64,000 bases of DNA from Eledone cirrhosa (GCA_964016885.1 OZ024750.1:1054001-1118000); one strand, 5' to 3'; shown: positions 44,211 through 58,278, counted from the stretch's first letter. Numbers and translations: made by a program. The notes: generated by a model from the letters alone, not told the origin.

Positions 44211-44749
44211 ATATATATATATATATATTGTTGCACTTTGGGAGGGTCATGCTGCTTCAAAAACGAAGTATACACACACATATATATACCAGGATTACTG
44301 AATATTTGTACAATAATATAAACTAGGAAATGTGTGGTTTGATAAATTAAGGGTTTACAAACGAGAAACCCTCTAGTTTGTGTTTATTACTGACATGTAC
44401 AAGTAATCAAAGATAAGAGCAATAATTTAATATTGTATTTCTGGGATGTAATTACATAAATATTCAGCAAATATGTTCCAATGATACGGAGGAGGATCAA
44501 CTGTATGAGTAACTTTGGTGAAATAACTAGCTACAGGGTTAGGGTTAGAGTTAGACCACAGGTGAGTGTTATGTTATGGTATGGTCCCTTAACTCTTGAT
44601 AGAGTCGTAGGGACGCCGTATTGATATACAGCGTTCCTTGGGTATTTTAAGCCAAGCGGAGCCCACCTCCTCTCCAGGCCTCAGTACAGCAGATTTCTTC
44701 CAGAGAAAGATAGAAAGTGAGAGAGAGAAAGTGAGAAAGAGATATAGAG

Positions 44750-44906
44750 GAATAATCAACCCCAGTACTGGACTGGTACTTTTTTTATCGACCCCGAAAG
44801 GATGAAAGCCAAAATTGGCCTCGGCGGGATTTGAACTCAGAAAGAGAGCTGGCAGACCATAACGCACTCTATCGGACGTTCTAATGATTCTGCCAATTCG
44901 TTGCCT
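44750..44906 (-). mobile_element. SINE family A-related copy
   Basis: ctggtactttttttatcgaccccgaaaggatgaaagccaaa...ctcggcgggatttgaactcag. Confidence 0.85.
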
Positions 44907-45289
44907 ATAAATATATAAATATACAAACGCATGTGAAATATTATGGTTGATAATTCTTTCTATAATGTCAATGTTGCTGCTAGAAAATTCCCAAACCTTA
45001 GAAATATGTATTTACCGTAGGCAATACATATTATAAGATCTTTAATGTATAACATTAAAGTGAACTGCAGGTGCACCAAAAATGTCCGCTGTTTCCACAG
45101 ATAATGAAACCGTAAAAAACCATTCCAGTAGGAACATCAAACATCTTAGCTTTCTACATAATTGTAACAACCTTTATATCTTCTCATGTGTCATCCTCAA
45201 GCGTGAGTTTATCAGGTTAGGGTCTTCTTTTAAAAAAGAACCGCATCTCTCACTATTATAAGCAAATGGGGTCCCACGCACTGGCTGCC

Positions 45290-45452
45290 CAGCAGCCCCG
45301 GAGGACAGAACAGAGAAGTCGTTACCCCCGGAGGATGGTAAGGGAGATGCGCTGGAAGAGCCATTTCAGCTCGTGAGGTTCGCACCTGCTGGTAGCCAAC
45401 TCAGGCCCGATGTTGGTGAGTTTTAGTCGTACGAAATCAGCAGGAATGTCCT
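45290..45452 (-). mobile_element. CRE-clade-like non-LTR retrotransposon C-terminal fragment
   Basis: IGPELATSRCEPHELKWLFQRISLTILRG(N, via a 1-nt frameshift)DFSVL resembles the L.QRlSlaiqRGNa motif. Confidence 0.65.
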
Positions 45453-45696
45453 TTATATATATGTATATATATATATATGTGTGTGTATGTATGTGTGAGT
45501 GTAGGTTTGTATCTGAGTGTGTGTGCGTGTGTGTATGTGTGTATCTGTGTGTGTGTGTGTAGGTTTGTATCTGTGACACTTTGTAAAATAGTGTGTGACT
45601 ATTTGTTAACGCTTTTTAACATATATATATATATGTATATATGTATATATGTGTGTGTGTGTATATGTGTGTATATGTGTGTGTATGTGTATGGCT

Positions 45697-45870
45697 GGAA
45701 GAGAAAGTCGATTAAATCGACCCCAGTACATTACTGGTACTTTATTGTATCGACTCCCTAAGGATGAAAGGCAAATCTGAACTCGGTGGGATTTGAATTC
45801 AGAACGTAAAGGGTCATAACTCTATGCTGAAAAACATGTCCCACGCTCTGCCGTCTGTCAATTAGCCGCT
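45697..45870 (-). mobile_element. SINE family A (long variant)
   Basis: aagtcgattaaatcgaccccagtacattactggtactttattgtatcgac...gggatttgaattcagaacgtaaaggg. Confidence 0.85.
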
Positions 45871-45969
45871 ATTTCTAGCAAGTCAATTGGTTACTTGAGA
45901 GAAAGAGAGGGAGAGGGAGAGAGACGGGGAGAGAGGGAGAGAGAGAGAGATAGAGGGAGAGGGAGAGAG

Positions 45970-46010
<41 letters not shown>

Positions 46011-46141
46011 AGAGAGGGAGAGAGAGAGATGAAAACTAAGAGGATGATGAAAAAATGTAAAAGCGGGAGAAGTATTGATTGATAGAAAACAAAGAGAGGG
46101 AGAGTTAAAGAGGGAGTGAGCGAGAAAGAGAGGAGAGAGAG

Positions 46142-46173
<32 letters not shown>

Positions 46174-46365
46174 TCAGAGTGAGTGAGAGAAAGAGAGTGA
46201 GAGAAAGAGAGCGATAGAGAGTGTGTGAGAGAGGGGAAGATCTATCGATGAAAGGCTCAGTCAATTGACAACTAGGTTAATAGATACAGATGTAATAGAT
46301 GTGGAGAGATGGGTGTGTGTATATATATATATGTGTGTGTGAGTAAATGTTTGTGTATATATGTA

Positions 46366-46407
<42 letters not shown>

Positions 46408-46408
46408 C

Positions 46409-46453
<45 letters not shown>

Positions 46454-46594
46454 TATACACAAACATTTACACACTCACACACACACATATATATATATAT
46501 ATACACAAATACACAGGCATTCACACACACACACAGGTACATAGAAAGGTAGATTATAGATTTGGTTAGACACGTGGTCAGAATGTACCTCAGA

Positions 46595-46973
<379 letters not shown>

Positions 46974-47095
46974 TATATATATATATATATATATATATAG
47001 GTATATATATATATATATATATAAATATATATAGGTATATATATATATATATATATATACCTATATATATTTATATATATATATATATATATACC

Positions 47096-47205
<110 letters not shown>

Positions 47206-47291
47206 GAGGTTATATTTATTTTGTTGGGATTCAACAAGCTTAAAAATATTTTTATAACTGATATAAAGCACTCAACAAATTATTGGAGTAA

Positions 47292-47661
47292 ATATACAAT
47301 ATATTAACAAATGGAAACTATATTTATAAAACCATATTTATTTTATTATACATATTTCAAGGGCCACCAAGGCAAATTATGGTGCGCTTTCATCATATAA
47401 AATACAATACAGATTAGTTTTATAAATAAATATTGACATACCCTGAAAAAAACCTTAACGATTGGAGCTTAACTATCCAGGAAGCTCCAACCGTTAAGCT
47501 TTTTTTCAGGGTATGTCAATATTTTATTTATAAAACTAATCTGTATTGTATTTTATATGATGAAAGCGCACCATAATTTGCCTTGGTGGCCCTTGAAATA
47601 TGTATAATAAAATAAATATGGTTTTATAAATATAGTTTCCATTTGTTAATATATTGTATAT
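47292..47661. repeat. Long palindrome (about 179-bp arms, 11-nt loop) with a hammerhead-like fold in each arm
   Basis: Arms are 47292-47470 and 47482-47661. 47549-47614 reads TATTTTAT-ATGATGA-AAG..CACCA..TGGTG..CTT-GAAA-TA-tg-TA-TA-ATAAAATA. Confidence 0.9.
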
Positions 47662-47675
47662 ATATATATATATAT

Positions 47676-47767
<92 letters not shown>

Positions 47768-47796
47768 TTCTATATATATATATTCTATATATATAT

Positions 47797-47850
<54 letters not shown>

Positions 47851-47882
47851 CCTATTCATATATCATTAAGGCTACATAGTAT

Positions 47883-48058
47883 GTCTTGTTAATCTCCAGT
47901 TTCGCCTCTCTATAACTGGGATAAACAGACATGATAAACAGGCGAAACTCCAGCGTAACAAGACTCACTATTTAGCCTTAATAAAAAAAAATTGAATACC
48001 TAAACTCTACATCTGTATTGAGTACACATCTTTCCAGCCGTTAACTACTTACGGATAC
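47883..48058. repeat. Family H head-to-head remnant
   Basis: A minus-strand piece (gtcttgttaatctccagtttcgcct) is followed by forward tgataaacaggcgaaactccagcgtaacaagactc...aataaa. Confidence 0.7.
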
Positions 48059-48059
48059 T

Positions 48060-48106
<47 letters not shown>

Positions 48107-48108
<2 letters not shown>

Positions 48109-48301
48109 GTTATGTAATAAACAACATAAGATAATTATTTCATTTACCAGTGGTTTCTTGAAAGCAAACAAAATTTGCTTTCAGCCATCAGAATGAAAAA
48201 ATCCTGTTTTTTCATTCTGATGACTGAAAACAAATTTGGTTTGCTTTCAAGAAACCACTGGTAAATGAAATAATTATCTTATGTTGTTTATTACATAACT
48301 A
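48107..48301. repeat. Palindrome (95-bp arms, 5-nt loop) carrying a hammerhead on each strand
   Basis: 48107-48201 and 48207-48301 are reverse complements with about 3 mismatches. Confidence 0.95.
48210..48270 (+). ncRNA. Type I hammerhead ribozyme with intact core
   Basis: TTTCATT-CTGATGA-C-TGAAA-a-CAAA-tttgg-TTTG-c-TTTCA-A-GAAA-CCA-c-TGG-TA-AATGAAA. Stem I is 7 bp, the triplet is GUA, and the predicted cut is after 48263. Confidence 0.8.
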
Positions 48302-48366
48302 ATAAGCTCTGTAACCTACATAGAGCACTCTTTTTTCCTGGACCTTTCCGACGGAATTACTTCATT

Positions 48367-48434
<68 letters not shown>

Positions 48435-48583
48435 GGGCAGTGGAACAAGGGGACAGGGACAAGGAGCCATGGCCACACCAATAATTATATTTTTCTCTCC
48501 AAACTACCAAAAAACACATCTATTTGTTTATGTGTTACAATTTATGTACAAGTTATGTAGAGTTAAATAGAAAAGATAGATCT

Positions 48584-48758
48584 AGAGAGGGGAGAGTGTG
48601 TGATTAATTGTTATAGAGAGGGGAGAGTGTGTGATTAATTGTTATAGAGAGGGGAGAGTGTGTGGTTAATTGTTATAGAGAGGGGAGAGTGTGTGGTTAA
48701 TTGTTATAGAGAGGGGAGAGTGTGTGGTTAATTGTTATAGAGAGGGGAGAGTGTGTGG
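48584..48758. repeat. 31-bp minisatellite, about 5.6 units, abutting a SINE head
   Basis: agagaggggagagtgtgtg(a/g)ttaattgttat repeated. Confidence 0.93.
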
Positions 48759-48947
48759 TGGATTAGCAGTATCGGTAGAGGGTCGGACGCCATGCTTTCC
48801 AGCATAGTTACGTCCCTTTACGATCTGAGTTCAAATCCCGCCGAGGATGACTTTGCCTTTCAACCTTACGGGGTCGATAAAATAAAGTACCAGTAATGCA
48901 CTGGGTAATTGCTGGCCTTGTGCCTAAAGTAGAAACAATTATTATTA
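48756..48947 (+). mobile_element. SINE family A, full length (short variant)
   Basis: tggtggattagcagtatcggtagagggtcggac...gagttcaaatcccgccgagg...gtcgataaaataaagtaccag...gtagaaacaattattatt. Confidence 0.92.
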
Positions 48948-49119
48948 GATTCTCCGGCTGTTGTTTCAATATGAATCACTTACAATAAAATTTCACCTGA
49001 AATAGATTAGCAAAATTTAATTAGTAGGTGGAATAAAAAACCGGATGGAGGGTGGGTAAATCTGACAAATTGATAAACGGGGGTGGGGACGATTATTCAA
49101 GACCTGAGAGTACGTGAAT

Positions 49120-49289
49120 TATTGACGGACGTAAGAATGAAAACTCAATACCGAAGTAGAGTTTAAATATTCATTTATTATGGCTAAGCCTTGTTATTCT
49201 GGAGTCTCACCTGAGTACTCACCTAACAAGACTGATGATCCTGTGAGTGCACAGATGTAACTTTAGAGTAAGAAAGCTCACCAATAGCC

Positions 49290-49295
<6 letters not shown>
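49120..49295. repeat. Family H head-to-head degenerate pair
   Basis: A minus-strand copy (actcaataccgaagtagagttt...cttgttattctggagtctcacctg) is followed by forward ctgatgatcctgtgagtgcacagatgtaactttagagtaag. Confidence 0.6.
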
Positions 49296-49350
<55 letters not shown>

Positions 49351-50028
49351 ATATAGACACACTCTCTAATTAAATGACGTTCCCTTCCTCTATCTATGTA
49401 CATCTCTTTGGCTTGGCATTCCCACTCTATATAGATGAGGGTGACGCCGTAAATTTCTGTCTATCTACCTATTTCTGTCACCTCAAAAACACACGGCGTT
49501 CCCTTGTCTCTCTCTGTCTCTCTATGTACGTATCTCTCGCTTGGCGCTCCCTTCTCTCTATATAAAGGGAGCGTGATGGAGGGACGGACGAACAGGCAGG
49601 CAACGTCCTTATTATAGATTAAGACGATTTTCACTGAACAGCAACCCAAGTGACTTTTTAAATGCTTAATCGTTGACTGTCAAATAACAGCAGTGAATTC
49701 ACAGTATGATCCGGTGTTGATCCTTAAATGAAATTGCTTTACTTAAAATGTTAATATTAAACTTTGCTACAAGGTGACACATTTGAGCCAGGAGGGAAGA
49801 GTTAATTAGATCGCTTCTAACACTTCACTGTTATATTAATACCACCTCATCTCCAACATCTTTGGCTTCTTTTGCTGATACAAAGACATAAATTATAAAT
49901 ATGAAGTAAATTAGAGAGTTTATGATTGGTTCTTGAATGGCTAAATCAGTCTTCCATGATGTAGTTATTCTAGGTTTAAGTAACTTAGACTAGCACAATA
50001 CAACTCTGGCCAGTTGGGTTCGAATTTT

Positions 50029-50162
50029 AATAATTGTTTCTACTTTTGGCACAAGGCTAACAATTACCCCAGTACATTACTGGTACTTTATTTTATCGAC
50101 CCCGTATGAATGAAAGGCAAAGTTAACCTCGGCGGGATTTGAACTCAGAACGTAAAGGGCCG

Positions 50163-50163
<1 letters not shown>
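50029..50163 (-). mobile_element. SINE family A (short variant, 5' truncated)
   Basis: ttgtttctacttttggcacaagg...ttatcgaccccgtatgaatgaaaggcaaagttaacctcggcgggatttgaactcagaacg. Confidence 0.9.
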
Positions 50164-50246
<83 letters not shown>

Positions 50247-50352
50247 ATTCATTCTGTCTTGTGATGAAAGACAAACATCCGAAACGTTAACACTTTTTCT
50301 TGCTACATCAAGCGTTAAACTAATATATATATCATCGTACAGTATTCTGCTC

Positions 50353-50464
<112 letters not shown>

Positions 50465-50494
50465 TAGAGAGAGAAAGACGGAGAGAGAAAGAGC

Positions 50495-50534
<40 letters not shown>

Positions 50535-50634
50535 GCAACAGTGACAAATTCGATTAGAAACGGGTAGATCGGTGATAATATTTACATTGACATAGACGAA
50601 GATGCAAGAGTGTAACAGCAATATTAGCTGACAC

Positions 50635-50677
<43 letters not shown>

Positions 50678-50887
50678 GAGAGAGACATATATATATAGAG
50701 AGAGAGACATATATAGACACTGTTAAGACATGAGCATAATTATGATAAACATTGCTTTATTTACAGCACCATGTCTTGTGATGCTTAGATAAAACATGTG
50801 TAATGCATGCAATGAATACATTACATATGACTAGTTGCTTGTTATCTGCATATTACATGCACATATATCTTCAGTTAACCAAAAAAG

Positions 50888-50962
<75 letters not shown>

Positions 50963-51035
50963 GTATGTATATATATTTTTTTAAAAATGTATTTATATAT
51001 GTATATACATATCATTTATCTATCTATCTATCTTC

Positions 51036-51066
<31 letters not shown>

Positions 51067-51133
51067 AGTATGTGTGTATATAGTATGTATATAGAATGCA
51101 TAGTATATGTAACGATGTGAACGTTGATATAGT

Positions 51134-51333
51134 NNNNNNNNNNNNNNNNNNNNNNNNNNNNNNNNNNNNNNNNNNNNNNNNNNNNNNNNNNNNNNNNNNN
51201 NNNNNNNNNNNNNNNNNNNNNNNNNNNNNNNNNNNNNNNNNNNNNNNNNNNNNNNNNNNNNNNNNNNNNNNNNNNNNNNNNNNNNNNNNNNNNNNNNNNN
51301 NNNNNNNNNNNNNNNNNNNNNNNNNNNNNNNNN
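51134..51333. other. Assembly gap (200 N)
   Basis: Run of N followed by an AT microsatellite. Confidence 1.
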
Positions 51334-51531
51334 TATATATATATATAATATATATATATATAGAATATATATATATATAATATATATATATAGAATATAT
51401 ATATATATATAATATATATATATAATATATATATATATAATATATATATATATATAATAATATATATAATATATATATATAATATATATATATAATATAT
51501 ATATATAATATATATAATATATATATATAAT

Positions 51532-51637
<106 letters not shown>

Positions 51638-51705
51638 AATATATATATATAATATATATATATAATATATATATATAATATATATATATAATATATATAT
51701 ATAAT

Positions 51706-51737
<32 letters not shown>

Positions 51738-51743
51738 ATATAT

Positions 51744-51863
<120 letters not shown>

Positions 51864-53224
51864 ATAATGAAAACTTTTAGATTACAATAAAAAAAATCCA
51901 ACTGGCCTAACAATATTTCCTGCACGTCTTTCAGCATAAACACACCTACAATACAACAATAATAACAACAACAATTGTTGACCAATCACAATATAAGGGC
52001 TACTTAACGTCAACCGATCACAATATATTAGCCAGCACTTAACGAAACCTACTTCTTGTTTACATCCTTCTCATCAAGCTCTCATCATAACTGTCAGCAA
52101 ATCGTCATCTGTAATGGACTAATTGTATTTTCAGTCAATTGTTCACTAAAATATTTACCTTATTTTAATTCCTTCTCTATGAAAATAGCTAAATGCCAGA
52201 TAGAAAGCTCAGCTAATCGCTATTTTTCTGTTGCCTTTTTTTTATCGATTAACAAGGAGGAAAGGCTGTGCCATTGGTTCTTTTAAATGTCCTCAAAACT
52301 GGCGGAGACGGGGGAAGAGGGAAATAGATGCTCATAAATAAGTGACCTGGCCTGAATGCTTGCTAAATGCACTGAAGAGCCAACAGGTGTTAAACCACCA
52401 CCAAGCGACGAATTAAATCTCCCTCACGGTGGGATTTACACTTCAATCACAAAGACTTAGAACAAATATCTCAAAACACGCTATCTGACTTTCTAATATG
52501 TCTGCCAGTCTACCGTACTTTATATTTCGGTTGTAAAAGGAGGAATGGCAAATAAGACCTAGGAAGCATCTGTCCTCGAAACACAGAGAGCTGGAATAAT
52601 TACTGCAAAGCATTTCGTCCAACTTTCCAAAGCTTCCGCCAATTCACCTCCCATAGACAAAGAAAATATAAAGCTTTATGTAAATTGTGTAGTGTTGAAA
52701 TAAAAGTTCTCAAGAATCGGTTTAAACATAAAATGATGTTGTAATAAACTGAAATTCACAGCAAACTATCAAACCAGTTTTCTTTTCTAGTGGAAAAAAC
52801 AAACACAATTAGAACTATACAACAGTATGTGTAGCTTGTCACGAAACTATTGATAGCGTAGATTATTTAGGGGAATTTGTTAATAAAAGAATTCCTGTAT
52901 TATTAATTGTCATAGAAAGGAAACTGCATAAATCAAAATGCATAGCATTTATACAAAATATTAATCCATCCTTACTGGAAGAATAAATTAAATACACAAG
53001 TAATATGTATTGAATTCGAACGCCGCCCCCTAAAAAAAACCCACACACATGCATGTGTATCAGATATTACGATAAACGACGAAATAAAATTGTACCAGAA
53101 CTTCTAGGGTTAATTTCTGTTACAGAAAAACAAAAAAATTAAACAGAACAAAAAAAAAAACAAAAAACAAACGAAAACTGTTGAATTGTTGGATAACGTC
53201 CTGAGTGATGTAGGAGTTAATATT

Positions 53225-53690
53225 AAATCTTATTTCGCCATTGCAACAGATACTTCACACTTTTCTGGAACAATTCTCACTACAACTTAATGAAATTAGA
53301 CAATTTAAACTTGATTCTTATAAAATGCATTTGTCATTCTCTTCAGTTCGCATGTTTCCATACTATTGAAGAATTGCCTTCTAGCATTGATTATCTTGTG
53401 CCACAGATCAGCGCTATGAAGATAATCTTACTTGGGAATATCTTAATTAATCAATGATTGTGAAGAACTGTGAAGAACTATTGAAAGTGACTCTTCTTTC
53501 AGCAGAAGAGGGTTACTGAAAAGTAATTGTGAAATAAAATTGTTAGCTAATGGGATCTATAAAAATTACATTTTCAAATGCCATCTTTGAGTTGCGACAA
53601 ATATTATCCAAGGGAATTACATGCTATGTACTCAGATAGACCTACTAAACTTTATTCCACATTTATGAGATTGATTTGAGTATATTTGAT
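53225..53690 (+). pseudogene. Decayed hAT-superfamily transposase fragment
   Basis: Collinear motifs across frameshifts and stops: FAIATD, LIKCICHSLQFACFHTIEELPSSIDYLV (CxxH motif), WDL*KLHFQM, CDKYYPRELHAMYSDRPTKLYSTFMRLI. Confidence 0.75.
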
Positions 53691-53954
53691 CCCCCCACCA
53701 AAAAAAAAAAAAAAATTTCTGATCTCAAGTGAAATGGTAGATTGTTGAAGATGAATCGTGTAGTTTTATATTGTCAATGTTTACAAGAACCTTTATCCTT
53801 AATATGTGAATCTCGAAATCAATTTAGAAGTTCATAGATACGAGTTCTTTAAATCTTTGGGCAGTAACATTTCCGCGAAACTGTTTTCTCAAGATGTAAA
53901 CGATGAAGACAAATGGAGTGTAAGGAACTCCTGAGTTATGTCCAAGAAATATTG

Positions 53955-54120
53955 AAACATTTCAAAATCTGTAAAGAATTCTTACGATTCAAAGGATGAA
54001 CAATTGTACAAAGGACGACGGCTATTTGATTTTCTTTACAACCATGCCACCGGGAAGGTGGCCGGTCAAAAATACACTCCAAATTAGAGAAAGAGACAAA
54101 ATACTTTCATACATACATAC
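53955..54120 (+). mobile_element. 3' end of the R4/Dong-like family also seen at 30765-30960
   Basis: KICKEFLRFKG*, then gccaccgggaaggtggccggtcaaaaatacactccaaattagagaaagaga, then (cata)n. Confidence 0.6.
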
Positions 54121-54487
54121 AAAAATATATACATAATACACACACACATACATACACACATGCATACAAACATACATATATATATACACACACTCATACA
54201 TACATATATACATCATACATAGCGTTAGAGCGCCATGTTTTCTCTGAGTGTATCAGTTCGCCTAACTGCAACTTTCATGTAGATGTACAGCTAAATGCTG
54301 TCAACAACAAAGAGAATATCTGATAAATATGTCGTTAGATTTTTAATAAATTAGTTTAATACCTAATCTTATTCTTCCTTTATGTTTCAATGTTACCATT
54401 TCGCTATCAGTTATTTAAACTTTTGAATTGAATGGTTTTGTATAGCAACTTCCTTCATACCACGAATAATTCTCCATCTTGAGGCAT

Positions 54488-54527
<40 letters not shown>

Positions 54528-54582
54528 ACACAGCCATATATACAAGACATACATGCATACATACATACATATATACATATAA

Positions 54583-54649
<67 letters not shown>

Positions 54650-54666
54650 AAAAACAGACATACACT

Positions 54667-54728
<62 letters not shown>

Positions 54729-55104
54729 TTTTAATTATATATCATATATATTACGTCTTCTCTTTCGAAATTTCGATATAATACAAGATTTAACGTAAGC
54801 TATTACTTCTACAGTTTCCCATTAATATCCCTCAAGTTATCTTCAATTTATACAGATTCTACCATCATATCTCCTTCATCCAGCCCAAACAATCAACCAA
54901 GATATTACAATACTTTAGTCTGTTTGCTCTGTTATTACAATGCCAGAATTGGTAGAGCACCGGACAAAATTTATTTGCGGTATTTCTCCCGGGGATCTTT
55001 ATATTCTGAGTTCAAATCCCACCAATTTCAAATATGTATTGTACTCTTCCGCGTGATCGATAAAATAGGAAAGTGTACATCGTGTGCTTATAAATATATA
55101 TAGT

Positions 55105-55208
55105 AATAATTGTTTCTACTTTTGGCACAAGGCCAGCAATTACGCAGTACATTACTGGTACTTTATTTTATCGACCCCGTAAGGATGAAAGGCAAAGTTA
55201 ACCTCGGC
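55105..55208 (-). mobile_element. SINE family A 3' part (short variant)
   Basis: Same body and tail as the other copies. Confidence 0.88.
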
Positions 55209-55496
55209 TGTAATAATAAATGTGAAGACTAAAATCCAAAGAGGGCTCGATAAGGATAAATATATATCAAATATATAAGAACCATAGAGCAATTATTTAT
55301 TAAAATAACAGGGTTTTTTAGTTTCAGAAGACCCCGTTAAGGGTGAAAGCAGCGATTCTCTGCCTAAACTTTAATCTGTTATTTTAATATATATATATAT
55401 ATAAGTAAAAAAGAGGAAAATATGAATACAATTAGAGAGAACGAATTATTACAATAAGAGATTATCAGTTTACCACTTAAGAGAAGTAAGAAAAGA

Positions 55497-55534
55497 GTCT
55501 TGACCTTTCGGATGTTAGCTCCTCATCGGAAAAC
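55497..55534 (-). ncRNA. Degenerate minimal hammerhead; homolog at 50255-50293 (+)
   Basis: Minus strand reads GTTTT-CCGATGA-GGA-gctaaca-TCC-GAAA-GG-TC-AAGAC. The homolog at 50255 reads tgtctt-GTGATGA-aagacaaacatcc-GAAA-CG-TT-aacac. Both are followed by a ttttctt tract. Confidence 0.5.
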
Positions 55535-55829
55535 AGAATAAAGAGAATTGTTTTCGAGTGAAGAAAAGGATGGCACAATAAAATGAAAAAAAAACGATAA
55601 AAAAATTAAATATATCGACAGTCGATCAACTTTCATCAAATCGGACCGAGGAAGCAATGTTTCCATTGGTCTTTCCAATTGCTAATACTATCTGTCGGTA
55701 GCCACTCCAGGTAGAAGGAGCAACGTGAAATAAAGTGTCTTGCTCAAGGACATAACGCACGACCCGGTCCAGGAATGGAACTCACAACCACACGATTGCG
55801 AAACTGATTCTATGATTAATAATAATAAT

Positions 55830-56050
55830 AGTAATGATTTCTAGTATAGGCACAAGGTCAGTAATTTCGGGGAGTGGAAAGTCGATTAAATCGACCTCAG
55901 TAGGTTACTGGTACTTTATTTTATATACCGCGTAAGGATGAAAGGCAAAGTTCACCTTGCCGGAATTTGAACTCAGAACGTAAATGGCCATAACTCTATG
56001 TTGCAAAGCATGGTGTCCGACTCCCTACTGATATTGTCAATCCACCGCCC
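55830..56050 (-). mobile_element. SINE family A, full length (long variant)
   Basis: ggcacaagg...gtcgattaaatcgac...ggatgaaaggcaaag...tttgaactcagaacg...aatccaccgcc. Confidence 0.9.
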
Positions 56051-57029
56051 TCCATCAACAACAACAAAAACTAATAATAATTTAGGAAACCATCTATGTA
56101 GATCTTCACTATTTCTACACAGCTGTCATCAATATAAACTCACGGTAAACACCGTCATTATTCTACATAATAGATCTTATAAATATTTCTATTGTCAAAT
56201 CGTTAATTTGTGTATCGAGTTTCGTTTTAAAAACAAAATGTTTTCTTTATGATTTCTTTATGAATTCTTTGTTGTTTTTTGGTTGTTGTTGTTTGCAGTT
56301 TCAAGACATTACCAAGTGCTATTGTTGTTCCTACTTCATATTTTGATTTCACACTTGAATAATTATCTAAGCAATAAATAAAGAGCAGACAAAACGCTGT
56401 TAAAAGGAAGAAATAATAGTAGGCAGTAATAACTTCATGTAAAACCCACCACGGAGGGGAATGATGTAAAATTATAGAGTGAAAAAAAATAATAAAAGGA
56501 TAAAAAAAAATAATAATAAAAATATAATAATAGATAAAATATATATGAATAAATATAAAATAGGAAGAAAAAAAAACAACGAACAAAGAAGAAAAAAAAT
56601 GAAACAATAAACAGCCGTTATGTATTTGAAAGAAAATATGACATTTGGATTAAACATTCGGATGTGAGAGTCTAATAGGGAACTTTTCAAACCTGTTTAC
56701 AATAAACGTAATTTCTACTGTGATAATGGACGACTATTTTCTATATTGAAATAAAAGACTTTACAGCTGATAAAAAAATGTCTGAAATATATTACATTTG
56801 TGCCTTTAATACGAACACATAGACGCACACATTCCCACACACGCGGGAACACACACACACACACGAATACATACACACCTGAGTGGTTGTGCCTTCTATG
56901 AATAAATAGCTTCAACAGGAATTGAAACGAAGAAGAGACATGTGTTTAGCTTTATTTTAGCTTTTGCTCTCGATGATCATCATTGTTTGTAAAGAAACAC
57001 ATTTAAAAATTGCAAGAGAAAAAAGTAAA

Positions 57030-57125
<96 letters not shown>

Positions 57126-57319
57126 AAAATAACTATTGTCTATAGTTAGAATTCTTTTCACCTTAGCGAATCTGGTCCCTTACGATTTGAACACATATAT
57201 GTATATATCTGTGTTTGTTTTTCTTTTATATTCAATTATAATATACGGCTCGGGAAAATCTCTTTCCTAGAGCTATTTTGTTGTAAGAGACTATTTTGAG
57301 TTTCTAACTCAATATATAC

Positions 57320-57390
<71 letters not shown>

Positions 57391-58095
57391 TAAGGCACAA
57401 ACTATCCAAAGGCAAGATCGCAGTATAGTACTTTAGAATAAAGAAACTTCAAAGGTATCTCACCCTAGAGGAAGAATCTTTGTTAATTCACCTTAAGCCA
57501 GATAAGCAAAGAGTTGACCCTTCTACTGAATTAGTACTTCATTTATCGATCTAGAAAGGATGAAAGTCACATCTGACATCGGCATTAATTTAACCCAGAG
57601 CTCAGTGAGCTGGAACATATACTGAGATATTTAATCGGACGCCCTAATGACTCTGTCAATTCTCCGCCTTACATAGAACCTCACTGGATTAAATACTGGG
57701 CTAGAGGATATGAATATTGCTACCCTTAACTTTAAAATATAGATTCTGAATTGGCATTCATTTCGGTACATAGTTTTTATATTGCAGCATAAAATATCCA
57801 GCAGTAAATTTACTGTACAATACACATGGCAATAGGGGGGAAAAATAAGAGAGGAAAATAAGAACAAAAGTAAGAAAAAAACAAGGGAATTAAGCAACGA
57901 AAGAAAGGAAGAGAAAGGGGAGGTGGCAGGCTCTACACACCAGCTCCAGCGCTGTATCAGCTACACCCCACAGATAACATAGCAACGGCTTTGCTGCAGC
58001 GACATCCACCTCAACAACCACTCCACTTCACTATGTACACATCAAGGAATAAGACATACAATGTTGATCGGAAATCAAGATGATAGGAATATAAT

Positions 58096-58278
58096 TGTTT
58101 CTACTTTTGGGCACAAGGCCAACAAATACCCAGTATCATTACTGGTACTTTATTTTATCGACCCCGTAAGGATGAAAGGCAAAGTTAACCTCAGCGGGAT
58201 TTGAACTCAGAACGTAAAGGGACGTAACTATACTAGAAAACATGTCCGACCCTCTACTAATTCTGCCAATCCACCGCC
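58096..58278 (-). mobile_element. SINE family A, full length, with an 18-bp target-site duplication
   Basis: agatgataggaatataat occurs at 58078-58095 and 58283-58300. Confidence 0.93.
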
